A stretch of DNA of 61,321 nucleotides, the filler included, from Chiloscyllium plagiosum (lineage: Eukaryota): NCBI RefSeq assembly GCF_004010195.1. It is 3 parts of one record of this genome, joined end to end, with 100 filler letters (N's around TTAATTAATTAA, not from the genome) between each part and the next. Parts side by side here need not be neighbours in the genome. Positions count along the whole stretch, not along the records: positions 1 to 25,294 come from NC_057715.1; 2 more parts are not named here. One strand, 5' to 3'. The position numbers and the translations under genes are program-made. Below, piece after piece: positions 1 through 11,841 of the stretch. Every line of letters begins with the position of its first letter. The stretch's first letter is position 1. Under the pieces are notes generated by a model that saw nothing but the letters and a program-made list of their open reading frames with translations, made no database searches and had not been told where the DNA came from.

Positions 1-216
1 ACCTCCTTCCACCTATCGCATTCCCAACTCCCCTCCCCCAAGTCCCTCCTTCCCTACCTTTTATCTTAGCCTGCTTGGCACACCCTCCTCATTCCTGACG
101 AAGGGCTTATGCCTGAAACATCGATTCTCCTTCTCCTTTGATGCTGCCTGACCTGCTGTGCTTTTTCAGCAACACATTTTTAAGCTCTGATCCCCAGCAT
201 CTGCAGTCCTCACTTT
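1..216 (+). mobile_element. Penelope-like element 3' terminus (family A) with decayed hammerhead core at 95-122
   Basis: CTGACGA-A-GGGC-TTAT-GCCT-GAAA-CATC, then gatgctgcctgacctgctgtgctttt...ctgcagtcctcacttt, shared with 43880-44087, 49206-49325 and 60201-60397. Confidence 0.8.
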
Positions 217-2823
217 ATCACAAGACTATTGCCTAGTCCTGTACATTAACAGCAGCAACTGCCAAAATGTGGACAGCAACTAAAAAAGCAACAATGGACT
301 GTACAGCAGTCTGGAATGGAATGAAAGCAGAAATTGCTGAAGAAACTCAGCAGGTCTGGCAGCAACTGGGGAGAGAAAATACAGTTAACATTTCGAATAA
401 TGTGACACTTCTTTGGAATGGGCCATGATTAAACCAGGGGAAAAATGAGTGGATCTACAGACATATTTGAGATCTCAAATTTTTACTTTAAATAGCATAT
501 TTTGATCTAATGTGACTTTACTCAGCTCTAACTTCAATATACTTCATGTAAAGTCTCCTTTACATATTTCATTTTCCACCTACTGTTGGAGCTGATCTCC
601 AACATATTCTGTTTTGATTTTGTAAAATTAGTATTTTAGCTTATTTCCCAATCTTTCCTATGATAAAATACTGTTAGGAAAACAGAACAGAAATTGCAGA
701 AATTCAAGTTTTTTAAAAAATTGCTACACAAAGCTATGGTGGCTTATAAAGTTATTTTAAACTGTTGGAGAACGAAAAACAAAATGACAGATTAAATTTA
801 ATGCTATTCATTTGAAAGCACTCTGCTTTACACAGACCAGCTTTAGTAGAATGATAAAATGATATTAAATAAATTTGAAGAGGAAAGCTTTTACACTGAC
901 CTAAGTTAGATTAAGACCTAAACTGAATTTATCTGGAGCTATTTGGAAAAATAAACAGTATGAGGAAACTCACTACAAATAGTAATATTTACAAATGTCT
1001 GATAAATAGAATGCAAGTGAGCAATGCCTTAAAAAAGCAAATGACTTTCATTTATAGGGCTATTAAATACAAAAGTCAGGAAGTGACATTGAATTTAAAC
1101 ATATAAGTTAAATAGAACAGTTAGGCATTCTATTAAAAAATATTAAATTCTACAGAAATTTTGACTTCGAAATGAACAGCCCAAAGTGCACAGAAGATCT
1201 AATGAGACAAATAACTACTGAGCCAAAGGGTATATTTGGTAAGAGTAAGCACTAGCAGATTCAAAGAGATGGATTTTACCATGGCCCTTAAAGAGAACAG
1301 GCAGATAGAAATGTACATAAGATTAGAGAGACATTTCCTATGATAGCTGGAGGCATGTCTGCCATGATTTAGGCAAAGCAAATGCACAAAAAGCTCAAAT
1401 CAAAGAAACATTGAGTTTTATGAGATTATATGGGTGAAAAAAATTACCTTTCATGATGGCCATGATGGGATATAACACAAGGATGAAATTTTAAATTGGA
1501 TATGCTGTGGACAAAAAGCACAAATGTACATAGTTGGAGCAGGAATGGAGAGGGGTACAACTAAGAGAGCTTTGTGATGGAGAGGGGTTGGATTCGAAGC
1601 TCAACTCAGGGTTGAATTATGAACAGTTTGATTAAATCGTGGAGATGGAATTTGAATTGGTACTAAGCATTTGGAATTTGTAGTGATACTGCAGAGGATG
1701 TTGGCATTTATTTTTAATGCAGAGGGTAGTGGTTGTGGGTAATTCACTGGCTGAATTGAGGTAGAGACTTTAGACTCTTTTAAAGCATACCTGGACCTGC
1801 ACCTTAAATGCTGTAAGCCACAGAGCTATGGGCTGTGTGCACCAAGATGGGATTAGAAATCGTATCTGGGTGTCTTTGTGTAGATACAGACAAGATTGGG
1901 CAAATGTCCCCCTTCTGTGCAGTTTCATTTTAATGATTCCAAGATGGCTTCAGTCATCCCAGTGTTTGAGCAAAAGAAATTAATGACTTCCAAACAAGCT
2001 GTCTGGAAATCTAGATTCACTGGAAGAACCCAATCAGAATGTAAACAGAACTTTATCCCAAGAGTGGGAATCATGCTGGAGTCAAGAACGTATTTTTTAG
2101 GATCCCAGGAAATAATGAAGCAAAGGCAGAAAGGGAACAAACTCTTCACATCCACACTCACTGTGTGTAATTGATTGGCCCTTGCGATAATTTAGACCAC
2201 TGTAGCAATAATTTCCGTCTTTCTGTCCAGATGTTGAAAGGGAGAACAAAACACTGCAATGGTTATGGTTGCCACTGTTTGCATCTTCTGGGTTGCCACT
2301 GTTTGCATCTCTCGTCCCAAAGGGAGGACCAAGCAGAACTAACATTATTTTAAATTTAATGTTCTGCAATAAGACACAGTTAATAAGTAATTCAATAGCA
2401 AAAGATCTACTTTGAAAAAGTGACAATAAAAGTGAATTCCATATATAGCTGAAAAGCGACATCCATTTGTCTCAATTAAGAATCTTAGCCTTAAACAAAG
2501 CAAATTACATCGGTATAGAGGGAAAGCTTGTTAAGGTTGACTGAGTAAATAGACAGAAGGTATGGTGTAAATAAATAGTCTGAAAGGTATAAAGAAACAA
2601 TTTAAAATGGTCAACTAACTCAAAAACCATTAAAAACCAAAAGGTCAGCAAGAGAGATCTGTGGTTTACTAAGGAAGTTAAGAATAGTTTTATAATGTTG
2701 CAAAGAATACAAGTGGAGAACTGGGAGCTTTTCAGAAATTAACAAAGAATGAGCAAAATGATGATGAAAAAGTAAACAATTGAAAAGAGGAAACTAGGTC
2801 GGAGCTTGAAACAGACGTTTTTT

Positions 2824-3182
2824 ATAGAATCCGTACAGTGTGGAAGCAGGCCATTCAGCCCATCAAGTTTACACCAACCCTTTGAAGAGTATCCCACCCA
2901 GGCCTACCCCCTATCCTACCCTATTCCTGTAACCCTGCCTTCCCCATGCCTAATCCACCTAGCCTACATATCCCTAGACACTATGGACAATTTAGCATGG
3001 CCAATCCATCTAACCGGAACATCTTTGGACTGTGGAAGGTAACTGGAGCACCCAGAGAACATCCAAGCAGACACGGGGAGAAGGTGCAAGCTTCACACAG
3101 ACAGTCGGCTGAGGCCGGAATTGAACCCAGGTCCCTGGTGCTCTGAGGCAGCAGTGCTAACCACTGAGCCACCGTGACACCC
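2824..3182 (-). mobile_element. HE1-type (V-SINE) tRNA-derived SINE
   Basis: Reverse complement gives GGTGGCTCAGTGGTTAGCACTGCTGCCTCA (A box) and GGTTCAATTCC (B box), with the same body as 45497-45819. Confidence 0.9.
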
Positions 3183-3991
3183 AATTATGAGCGCTTTTTA
3201 ATAAGATTTTTAAAAAGGGAATAGCTAAAGTTACCATTGGTTCCTTGAAGGAAGAGACAGGATAAATTATCATGGAGATTAAGGAAATGGCAAACACTGA
3301 ACAAAGATTTTGTGTCTGTCTTCACAACAGAAGACACAAATTGCATACCAAAAACAGAGCGTAACTAAGGGGCTATAAACAATATGAACCAAAGGTAATT
3401 AATACCATAGACAAAAAAGAACTGGAGAAACTCGCAAGGGCGAAAATCTGACAAAACCTGAGAACCTAAAGCTTATAACCTAGAATTCTAAAGGACATAG
3501 TGGCTGAGAGAGTGGATGCTGTGGTTACAATTTTCCAAAATTTCCAAGATATTAGAATGGTCCCAGCAGATTTGAAGTTCACAAACATAACAGTGATATT
3601 CAAGAAAACAGGAAGAGGGAAATCTCAGAATCAAAGCCCAGTTACCCTATTAGCAGTTATTGGGAAACTGCTGAAAGCTATCGTTAATGACCTCTTAATA
3701 ATGCACTGAGAAAATCATCTGATCAAAGTCAGCATGGTTTTGCAAAAGAGAAACGTGTTTGACAATTGTAATAGCATTTTTGAGGATGTAATTAGTATGG
3801 TTAATAAAGGGGATCCCAAAGATGGAATATACTTGAATTTCCAAAAAAATTAATTGATAAAATGCCACATGAAAGACTACACTAGATAAGGGCTCATGGG
3901 TTCAAATAAAATATTAACATTATTGAGGATTAGACAGGAAGCACAGAGTAGGCATAAGTAGGGCATTCTTGGAGTTAGAAGATTGAATATG

Positions 3992-4334
3992 GAAGAGGCA
4001 ATGACCTCATGGTATCAATCTATCAATCTCAAGACCCTAGCAATGGTCTGGGGACCTGAGTCTGAATCCTGCCATGGCAAATGGTAGAATCTGAATTCAA
4101 TGAACATCTTGAATCAGGAGTCTAAATGATGACTATGAAACAGTTGTCAGCAAAACTCATCTAGTTCATTAATGTTCTTTAGGGAAAAAAAGTTGCTTTC
4201 CTTACCTGGTCTGGCCTATATAGGACTCCAGGCCCACAACAAGGTGTTTGAGACTTAACTGCCCTCCAGGAAAGTAGGGATGGGTTATCAATCCCTGGCC
4301 AGTGGTGTCTCACATTCCGTGAATGAATAAAAAT
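3992..4334 (+). mobile_element. Old SINE of a second family (tail CACATTCCGTGAATGAATAAAAA)
   Basis: Shares head and tail with the inverted copy at 23455-23790 and the tail fragment at about 9815-9942; interrupts a CR1. Confidence 0.7.
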
Positions 4335-4968
4335 AAGTAGAATGCCATAAGGATCAGTGCTGCCACCCCAGTTATTTAAAAGTTATATTGCTGACTTAGT
4401 GCAGTCAATGCTCCATTTAAGTGTGAGATAGTCAGATTTTTGGTCTCCAAGGGAATTGGGGAGAAGGTGGGAAAAGAGTGTTGGGGCTGAACATTGGCTA
4501 TGATCATAGTGAATAATGGAACAATCTCAAGGTGCAGCATGCTCTACATTTGTTGCTATGGATAGATAAGAACAGAAATAATTGGAAACACGTGGGAAAA
4601 TGATGGGCCAGATTTTCTGAGGACTGGCAATTTCTTGAAAATTGCCATTTTATTCCTTCATTTTTATGAAAGTAACTCTGCAACTTTAACACGTTAGGGC
4701 TCTTTCAGAAATGTGAAGCCATACTACCATTTTGACACATCACTCGCAACTTAGAATAGTTGGGAGAAAGAAACCATGCTCTCTTTTCGCAGTGTCAGCT
4801 ATTGTTTTCTGGAATCTATGAGCAATTTAAAGAATATATAGACTTGGTGCTGAGTGATTTCACCTTTTTTCACTCTTCTTCTATACTGTTCTCGTATGAA
4901 AAGAATATTTTCCCCATTCGGTAAAGAGACAAAGATCTTATTTTCTTAATCTAGCTTACAAAATACTA

Positions 4969-5163
<195 letters not shown>

Positions 5164-5444
5164 CTAAATGTAAAACTTCCTTAGCTCTTCTTGACATTTG
5201 AGGTTGCACTCTATATGAGTATAGTTGCCTCAAAAATATTTCAATGATGTAATGTATCGCTGAAAACTATCTGTGGAAGACAACATTTGACAAGCTGGAT
5301 CTGAAAATGAATTGAAGTTTATTTTTATTCCGGAGATCACACGTAGAAAGAATAACACAGGGCATTATTTAGTTATGTTTCTTCTTCTACTTTGAATACA
5401 TATTCACCCTCATTTTCACTCTGAGGTCATGTGCACATAAGAAA

Positions 5445-6022
5445 GAGGAACAAGATTAGGCCACTCAGCCCTCACACCTGACCCACCATTCATAAGATCA
5501 TGGATAACTCACACCGGGACTCAACTCCAATTCCGTGTTACCTGATCATCGCCCTCAATTCCAATCTCCCTCCTCTTTAAATACTTTCAGTGATCTAGCC
5601 TTCACAACTCTCTTGGGTAGAAAATTCTAGACATTCATTACTCTCTAGCAGAAGAAATTCTTCCACACGGAGTCATACAGCGCAGAAACAGATGCTTCAG
5701 TCCCAATAGTCTATGCTGAACATAATCCCAAGCTAAACTAGTCCCACCTGCCTGCTCCATCTCAGTTTTAAATGTACATCCCCTTATTATAACTAAAGTC
5801 TCCTGGTTAAGAGATTCACCCACTAGTGGAAACATCATTTCAACATCTTTCTTGTCAACCTCCCCTCAGATTATTATTCAACAATATCACCCTGTATTCT
5901 TCTAAATTCTAATTAGTAAAAGCCTAATCTTTATAGCTGTCTTGATATCATTCCAGACATCAGTCTTGTAAATCTCTTTTTAACTGCCTCCAATGCCAAT
6001 ATATCCTTTCTTAAATAGAGGT
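5445..6022 (-). mobile_element. CR1 3' fragment with a nested short CR1 tail
   Basis: ORF 5638..5838 begins MFPLVGES..; CR1 3' UTR pattern shared with other copies in the window. Confidence 0.7.
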
Positions 6023-7694
6023 AACATGGAAAGGACCCTAACCCTCCTAGTTTCTAAAGGAGACAAAAAGCTGAAATTGCATTTTAGATGAATTTTTCCA
6101 GCCCCTAAATGACATGGGCATTGGTGAGACAGTTGGAAAAATACAGCAAGAACATTAAAATGAAATTCTCAACATCGAGAAAAAGGGATAGTTTCCTAGT
6201 TATTGATTTAACAGCTCAAGGGGAATCTCTATTCTCACTTCATTTATATGTATATTGCTATTTCCCCAGGCAGTGAAGAGGAACTAGGAGGCAATAATTC
6301 TCGACATAGAAGTCAGAATGGGACCCTGTCAGCTGAAGCTTGCTGGTGTCTTTTCCAAGCCGCCACCTTGGCCAGCATTCTCCAACATCTCAGGTTATAA
6401 TCCATGGGCAGCAGCCACATGTACTCTCTGATCCTGAAGCTGACATCCACAAAGCACCAGGTGAACATCTCATTATGGCACACCTCACAGTCATGTATAA
6501 TACACTGCAGGACTTCAGAGCTCACTGATATCTTATGTTACAATACTGCTGCCAAGTCACTTGAAGTGAAGGGACAGATACCCCACTGCACACATCAGAA
6601 CAAGGTGCATCACACAACTCTTGGCTTGATATCTTAGTGCACTCACTTTGCATTTACTTGGATACCAGTTATCTCTCTTTCTTGCCTTGCCTTCTCCCCT
6701 CCATTGTCAACTTACTAAGAAATTAAAGGCTCATAGTACACTATATGGCAGCAGCTGATGTGGCAAATACACTGAAAATGCTTCCATCAAATGGTCATTC
6801 CACAAAATGGTGGAATCCGTAGTCATATTCAGGGGCAGTTTTTGTAAGTCAGAGTGCTGCCACATTCAGTCAACATCATCTCATTTCGTTCCAGGGGCTC
6901 AGACATAGTCAGTCAGCTGCTTGGATATTTAGGGTCAGGGATTCTGTATCATTATAGTTAAAGCAGGGAGCCATGGTCAGTCCTACAGGTCAGCACAACT
7001 AATCCAAAAGTAGCTGTAAATCAGTAAGGGAACTGTACATATATCAATAAGGGACCTGGTCAGTCATCAGCCAGGGAAATCGTTCCAAACGAGTAAGTGA
7101 TGTAGGCTGTGGTCAGTTCTGATGGTCTGTTCAGGGGGATTACCATGGACTACAGCAGTGGTAGGGAAGTTGGGGAGGTCAAGTACAGGGATGTAGAAGG
7201 GACAATAATTGTGAAGTGGGTGGCAATTTAATGTATAAGAATGGGAAACAACACAGGATAGTAGGGCACAGGGTACTATGTGGTTGAACTGGAGAAGTGT
7301 ATTGACAGTCATCACCACCCCGAATCACTGGGCATGATGCATACAGGGTGCATAACGATGTTTGTTACACGGGATAAAATGGGAAAATGCCAATGTTAAA
7401 TAAAGAGCTGGGCAGGAATGTTAGGAAGATCAAACCCAATGGAGTTGACAGGGTGGAAAAAACAGGAGAAAGATGAACATTTGGGGTGAGGGTGTCAGGA
7501 GGTCATTCAGAGGTCAGAATTGTTTTCCTCACACATTGTTCATAATATTGTGAAATATTTACAGTTCAGTCTTAAGCACAATTCTGCCTGACTTGGATCA
7601 TCTGTGGGAGTTGGAAGAGAAAATGTCATTGTTCCTACCACATTTACAATCTCCTACTGTCAGTGTGCAATCTGGCTTGAGCAGCATACATCCA

Positions 7695-7877
7695 TTGCTG
7701 GAGAAATGCAGCAGATCTGACAGCATCTGTGGAGAGAAAACAGAGTCAACATTTCGGGTCCAGTTCAGGTCTAGTTCTGAAGAAGGGTCACTAGATCCGA
7801 AACATTGACTTTGACTTTCTTTCCACAGATGCTGCCATACCTGCTGAGTTTCTCCGGAAATTTCTGTGTTTGCTTCA
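7695..7877. mobile_element. Fold-back PLE-terminus element (family B), decayed hammerhead at 7777-7806
   Basis: Inverted arms ggagaaatgcagcagatctgacagcatctgtggagagaaa / tttctttccacagatgctgccatacctgctgagtttctcc around ctgaagaagggtcactagatccgaaac. Confidence 0.75.
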
Positions 7878-9369
7878 ATTCAGTTTGCTGTGCATCTGCA
7901 ATAAATCTCCTGCGTTTGTTTGTGCATTTTGATGAAGCTTTAAGTGGCCATACTATGGAGTGCCCTCTTGTCTGGGGCTGAACAGGTACCTAGTCTTTGG
8001 CACCTCTCCAAATATCAGCTATTTGGGTTTTTTTCCCCCTCAACCAGCTGTGGAGATGTGGCAGTTCACCATATGTACTCCCACTCTAATCTAGCTATTG
8101 TACCCAGTAAAGCATCAATATCTGAGTTGGAGGAGGATGCAGAGGACACTTTTGGAGGTCTGAGGAAAGAGTATGGCCCATGTTTCTATCACCTGTCCTC
8201 AAGGTCCCTGTCAGCAAATCAGTGTTAATTTCCTCTATCAGTTGTTACTGGGGTAATTCTTCCCACACTGGAACTGTGAAATCCAATTCTTGGTTTGCAC
8301 CATTTGAACTAATGCACAGCTGGGCTTTAAATACAGTGCCAAAATCCAGTCAATTCCAGATGTGGTAAGTATTTCCACCACTGGTGAGCTCAAGATAGCA
8401 CAAAAGTGGTGCCATAGAGGGATTTTGTGACTTAATGAAATAAGCACTATAAAATTGCACAGAAAAACTTGTTTGTCGTGAAATCTTCCATGAAACCCCC
8501 AAAACTTTGATTTAGGAAAACTCTGCCCTTGGAAACCAAAGCTGCAGACTCACCTAAGCTTAGTACTTGCAGTTTAGACCCAGTTTGGTTGGTAGCTCAA
8601 AGAGATAGCAGGAGTAAATGGCAGTTAGCTACGCCTGCCCAATAAGCAGACCAAAAACATTAACTTAATTATTCACTACATGGAATGCTGGTGAGGCTGA
8701 ATTAAATTTTGTGAGAACACAGACACTAAAGGATTGCCTAGCTTGAAAGTATAGAAAGAATATACTGTGGACCAACAGAGTCTTGAGACTAAGAAAAGTA
8801 ACCATTAAATTAGCTAGGAAATGTTGGAAAAGTAACCAGTACAAAGACCAAGGCATCCATTATCAAGAGGTGGCAAATTAAAGTTTTATCTTTGTGGATA
8901 GCTGGGGTTGAGAATTCAATTTGTCTCTAGAGAACCGCAGCATACTTAAAGCTATGAACTTTGCTTTGCTTGAACTATCTGTAAGATATCATCATGTATA
9001 AAATAATTCTTTTGTGAAGTCAATAGTAAACCCAAAGGCCTAACATTAAATTATCTTAATTGTGTTTGCTATGTTTAATTTGTTTCACATACAAAGTACG
9101 CACTTTGTTTAAAAGACATACCATCTTGTGAAGTTGCTCTACTGATTAAAACAAGGTGCTCGGATTTCTCTTTAAATATTAGCAGTCCCTAACTGAATTT
9201 CAACAGTAGGCAAAACAATAGGGGTGCATGTTACATCGTGATGTGCAAACTGTGAGAGTATAAACATCATTTTAATGAATTAAGATAATATAAACAGAAA
9301 GAAAATAACTTTACAAAAGGGTTCTATTGAAAAGCAATTTTGCGTTTTAGTTTGTTATCCCTACTTTTA

Positions 9370-9603
<234 letters not shown>

Positions 9604-11159
9604 TTAGAAAGCAAAAAACTATCAGCTTGCTAACATAGAACAAAGCCTTTAAGTAATGATTCAGAATGATAAAAAATCAATCAAAGCTTGAAAATTGGTT
9701 GGAAATTGATTTTTAAAAAACTGTATGAACAAAACACGGTCATTTATGTGCAAACTGGTTGGCAAAGTTCAGAAATTAGGGGAGATATCAGAAGTTACAA
9801 ATCTTCAGAACTTGCCATAGTTGATTCTTAACTGCCCTCTGACATGATATAGGAAGCCGCTCAGCTCCAGGGCAAATAGAGATGGGCAGTAACTGCTGGC
9901 TCAGCCAGCAAAGCCCACATTTCATGAGTGAATTGAAGAAAATTAGCCACTTCACCATCTATTTCACATGAAGAGCATCTTATTACCCTTTGCTTCTCTC
10001 ACCTTTTTAAAAATAACTTGCTGTAATTGAACATCATTTGCCCATTAAGCTCACTAGAGAAAATCTAACAGGGCACTCAGCCATATCTGACCCATTTCCC
10101 GCACTACTTTCCTCACCCCTTCCCTTCTTAGGTGCCTTATTAACAATGTAATAGACAATTGCCCATCAATCCCTTCACCAGAGAAAGTGAACAGTTTAAA
10201 TTGTGGTACCTCATTCCAACAATGTAATGATTGTTAATGACTACCTTTTGAGAAATTCAAAAAATGCTTTTAAAAAACTATTTGTTCTGTAATTGATTTG
10301 GCAGTAATTCACTTATTCTAATTCATCTCCTTTGTCATTCCTCTGTTTCTCAATCTTTCAATCTATTTGACTAAAAAGATATTCTGTTGATCATCCCATT
10401 CACTAAGATCCTAGACACCCTATTGCCCTTCACATTCATGGCTTCGGGATACCCCACTCCAGCCTGTTAATGGGTAGAAATTTTCTCTCAGCAGTGAATG
10501 ACAATTGTCAAACTTTCTCCCATATTTTTGAGGTTTTGCACTTCATAGGAAGCCAGTTTAGTGCCAAACCTTCGAGAAGATCTGCCACGAGGTGAACTGG
10601 CAAAACAACTGTGTAACTCCTTAACCAATCAGAATGAAGAATCATTACTGAATTGAGCTGAACTAGAACATATCAGTTAAAAAATTTAATAGTAAAATAA
10701 TGTAGTGACAGTGCAATAAGGAGGGAAAGAAAAATGTTATTAAGACTTATACGTTTAACTTTTTCTTAAAATTTCTTATTAAATTATTTCTTTTTTAAAA
10801 AAAAATTTCCAACAGTATTTAAAATCTCTAGGAATAAAAATCTATATTTGCAAAAGTAAATTATCCAGACAGGTTCTTTGATAGAAATTAAGATGGATTA
10901 CCTGTTAGGAATTTATGTACACCGGTAAGGGGGTATCCTAGAAAGGGGCTTTTGAGGCAATGTTAAGTGTTCCTACTTTTGAGCCAGAAGGCCCAGATTC
11001 AAGTCTCATCTACTCCAAAGGTGCATCATAAAACATCCGAACAGGTTGTTTAAAAAAATCAAGATAAACCCTAATTTTACCTGGCAAGCATTGTAGGGAC
11101 ATATCAAGTGAATGCAACTAGTCCAGCTATTTCAATACCAAGTCTCTCTTGTAGTGAAA

Positions 11160-11490
11160 TAAAACAAATGAGTGCATATACTGGATATCTGAAACAAAAA
11201 CAGAAACTGTTGGAGAAACTCAGCACATATGGCAGCATTTGTGGATAGAAAAAGAGTTAACATTTTGAGTCCAGTAACTCTTTGCCAGAACTGAAAGCAG
11301 CTGGGAAATGGTGGTATTTATTGAGGACAGGATTGTGGGGGGGGAAACCAGCAAGAATGACAGTGAGATAGAGCAAGGGAGACAGCAATAGAGAATTGCT
11401 GTTAAAGTGCGAATTCTTAAAAGTGAGTTGGCTGTACTGGAATCAACCCACGCAGAACAAGATTTGGACAGGGTGGGGGCATTAATATCT
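11160..11490 (-). mobile_element. PLE 3' terminal fragment (family B), decayed
   Basis: atctgaaacaaaaacagaaactgttggagaaactcagc...gagttaacattttgagtccagtaactc resembles the arm at 7695-7765 and the fragment at 325-418. Confidence 0.6.
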
Positions 11491-11543
11491 TCTTCACAGT
11501 CAACTGTACATCAATTTTGGTGTTACCGCAAACTTACTAACCA

Positions 11544-11841
11544 GAAAAGACCAAAGAACTGCAGATGCTGTAAATCAGAAAGAGAGAGAGGAGCAGAACT
11601 TCAATGTGGGTATGCCAGTTCTGACAAAGGTAGACAAACAGCAGGTTGGAAGAATACAGCAAGCCAGATCGCATCAGGAGTTGGAGAAGTCAACGTTTCA
11701 GATAATCTTGGATTCCTGCATTTGCAGACTTTATTTGTCTCTAACCAAGTTCTGAGGAAGGGTCACCAAACCCGAAACGTTAACCTTGATTTCTCATCAC
11801 AGACCTGCTGAGATTTTCCAGCAACTTCTGCTTTTGTTTCT
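11544..11841. mobile_element. Fold-back PLE-terminus element (family B) with a second PLE-type element nested inside
   Basis: Perfect 13-bp TSD aacttactaacca at 11531-11543 and 11842-11854, inside a CR1 RT fragment. Confidence 0.8.
11749..11784 (+). ncRNA. Minimal type I hammerhead ribozyme motif
   Basis: GUU-CUGAGGA-A-GGGU(CACCAA)ACCC-GAAA-CGUU-AAC. 3-bp stem I, 4-bp stem II, ACGU helix III, GUU triplet. Confidence 0.72.

Larger units (their letters stand above)
2480..4560 (+). mobile_element. Old CR1 LINE ORF2 remnant interrupted by two SINEs
   Basis: ORF 3500..3709 (IFQNF..MVPADLKFTNITVIFKK..PVTL..VIGKLLKAIV), followed by QHGF-like and AFDK-like segments. Confidence 0.8.
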
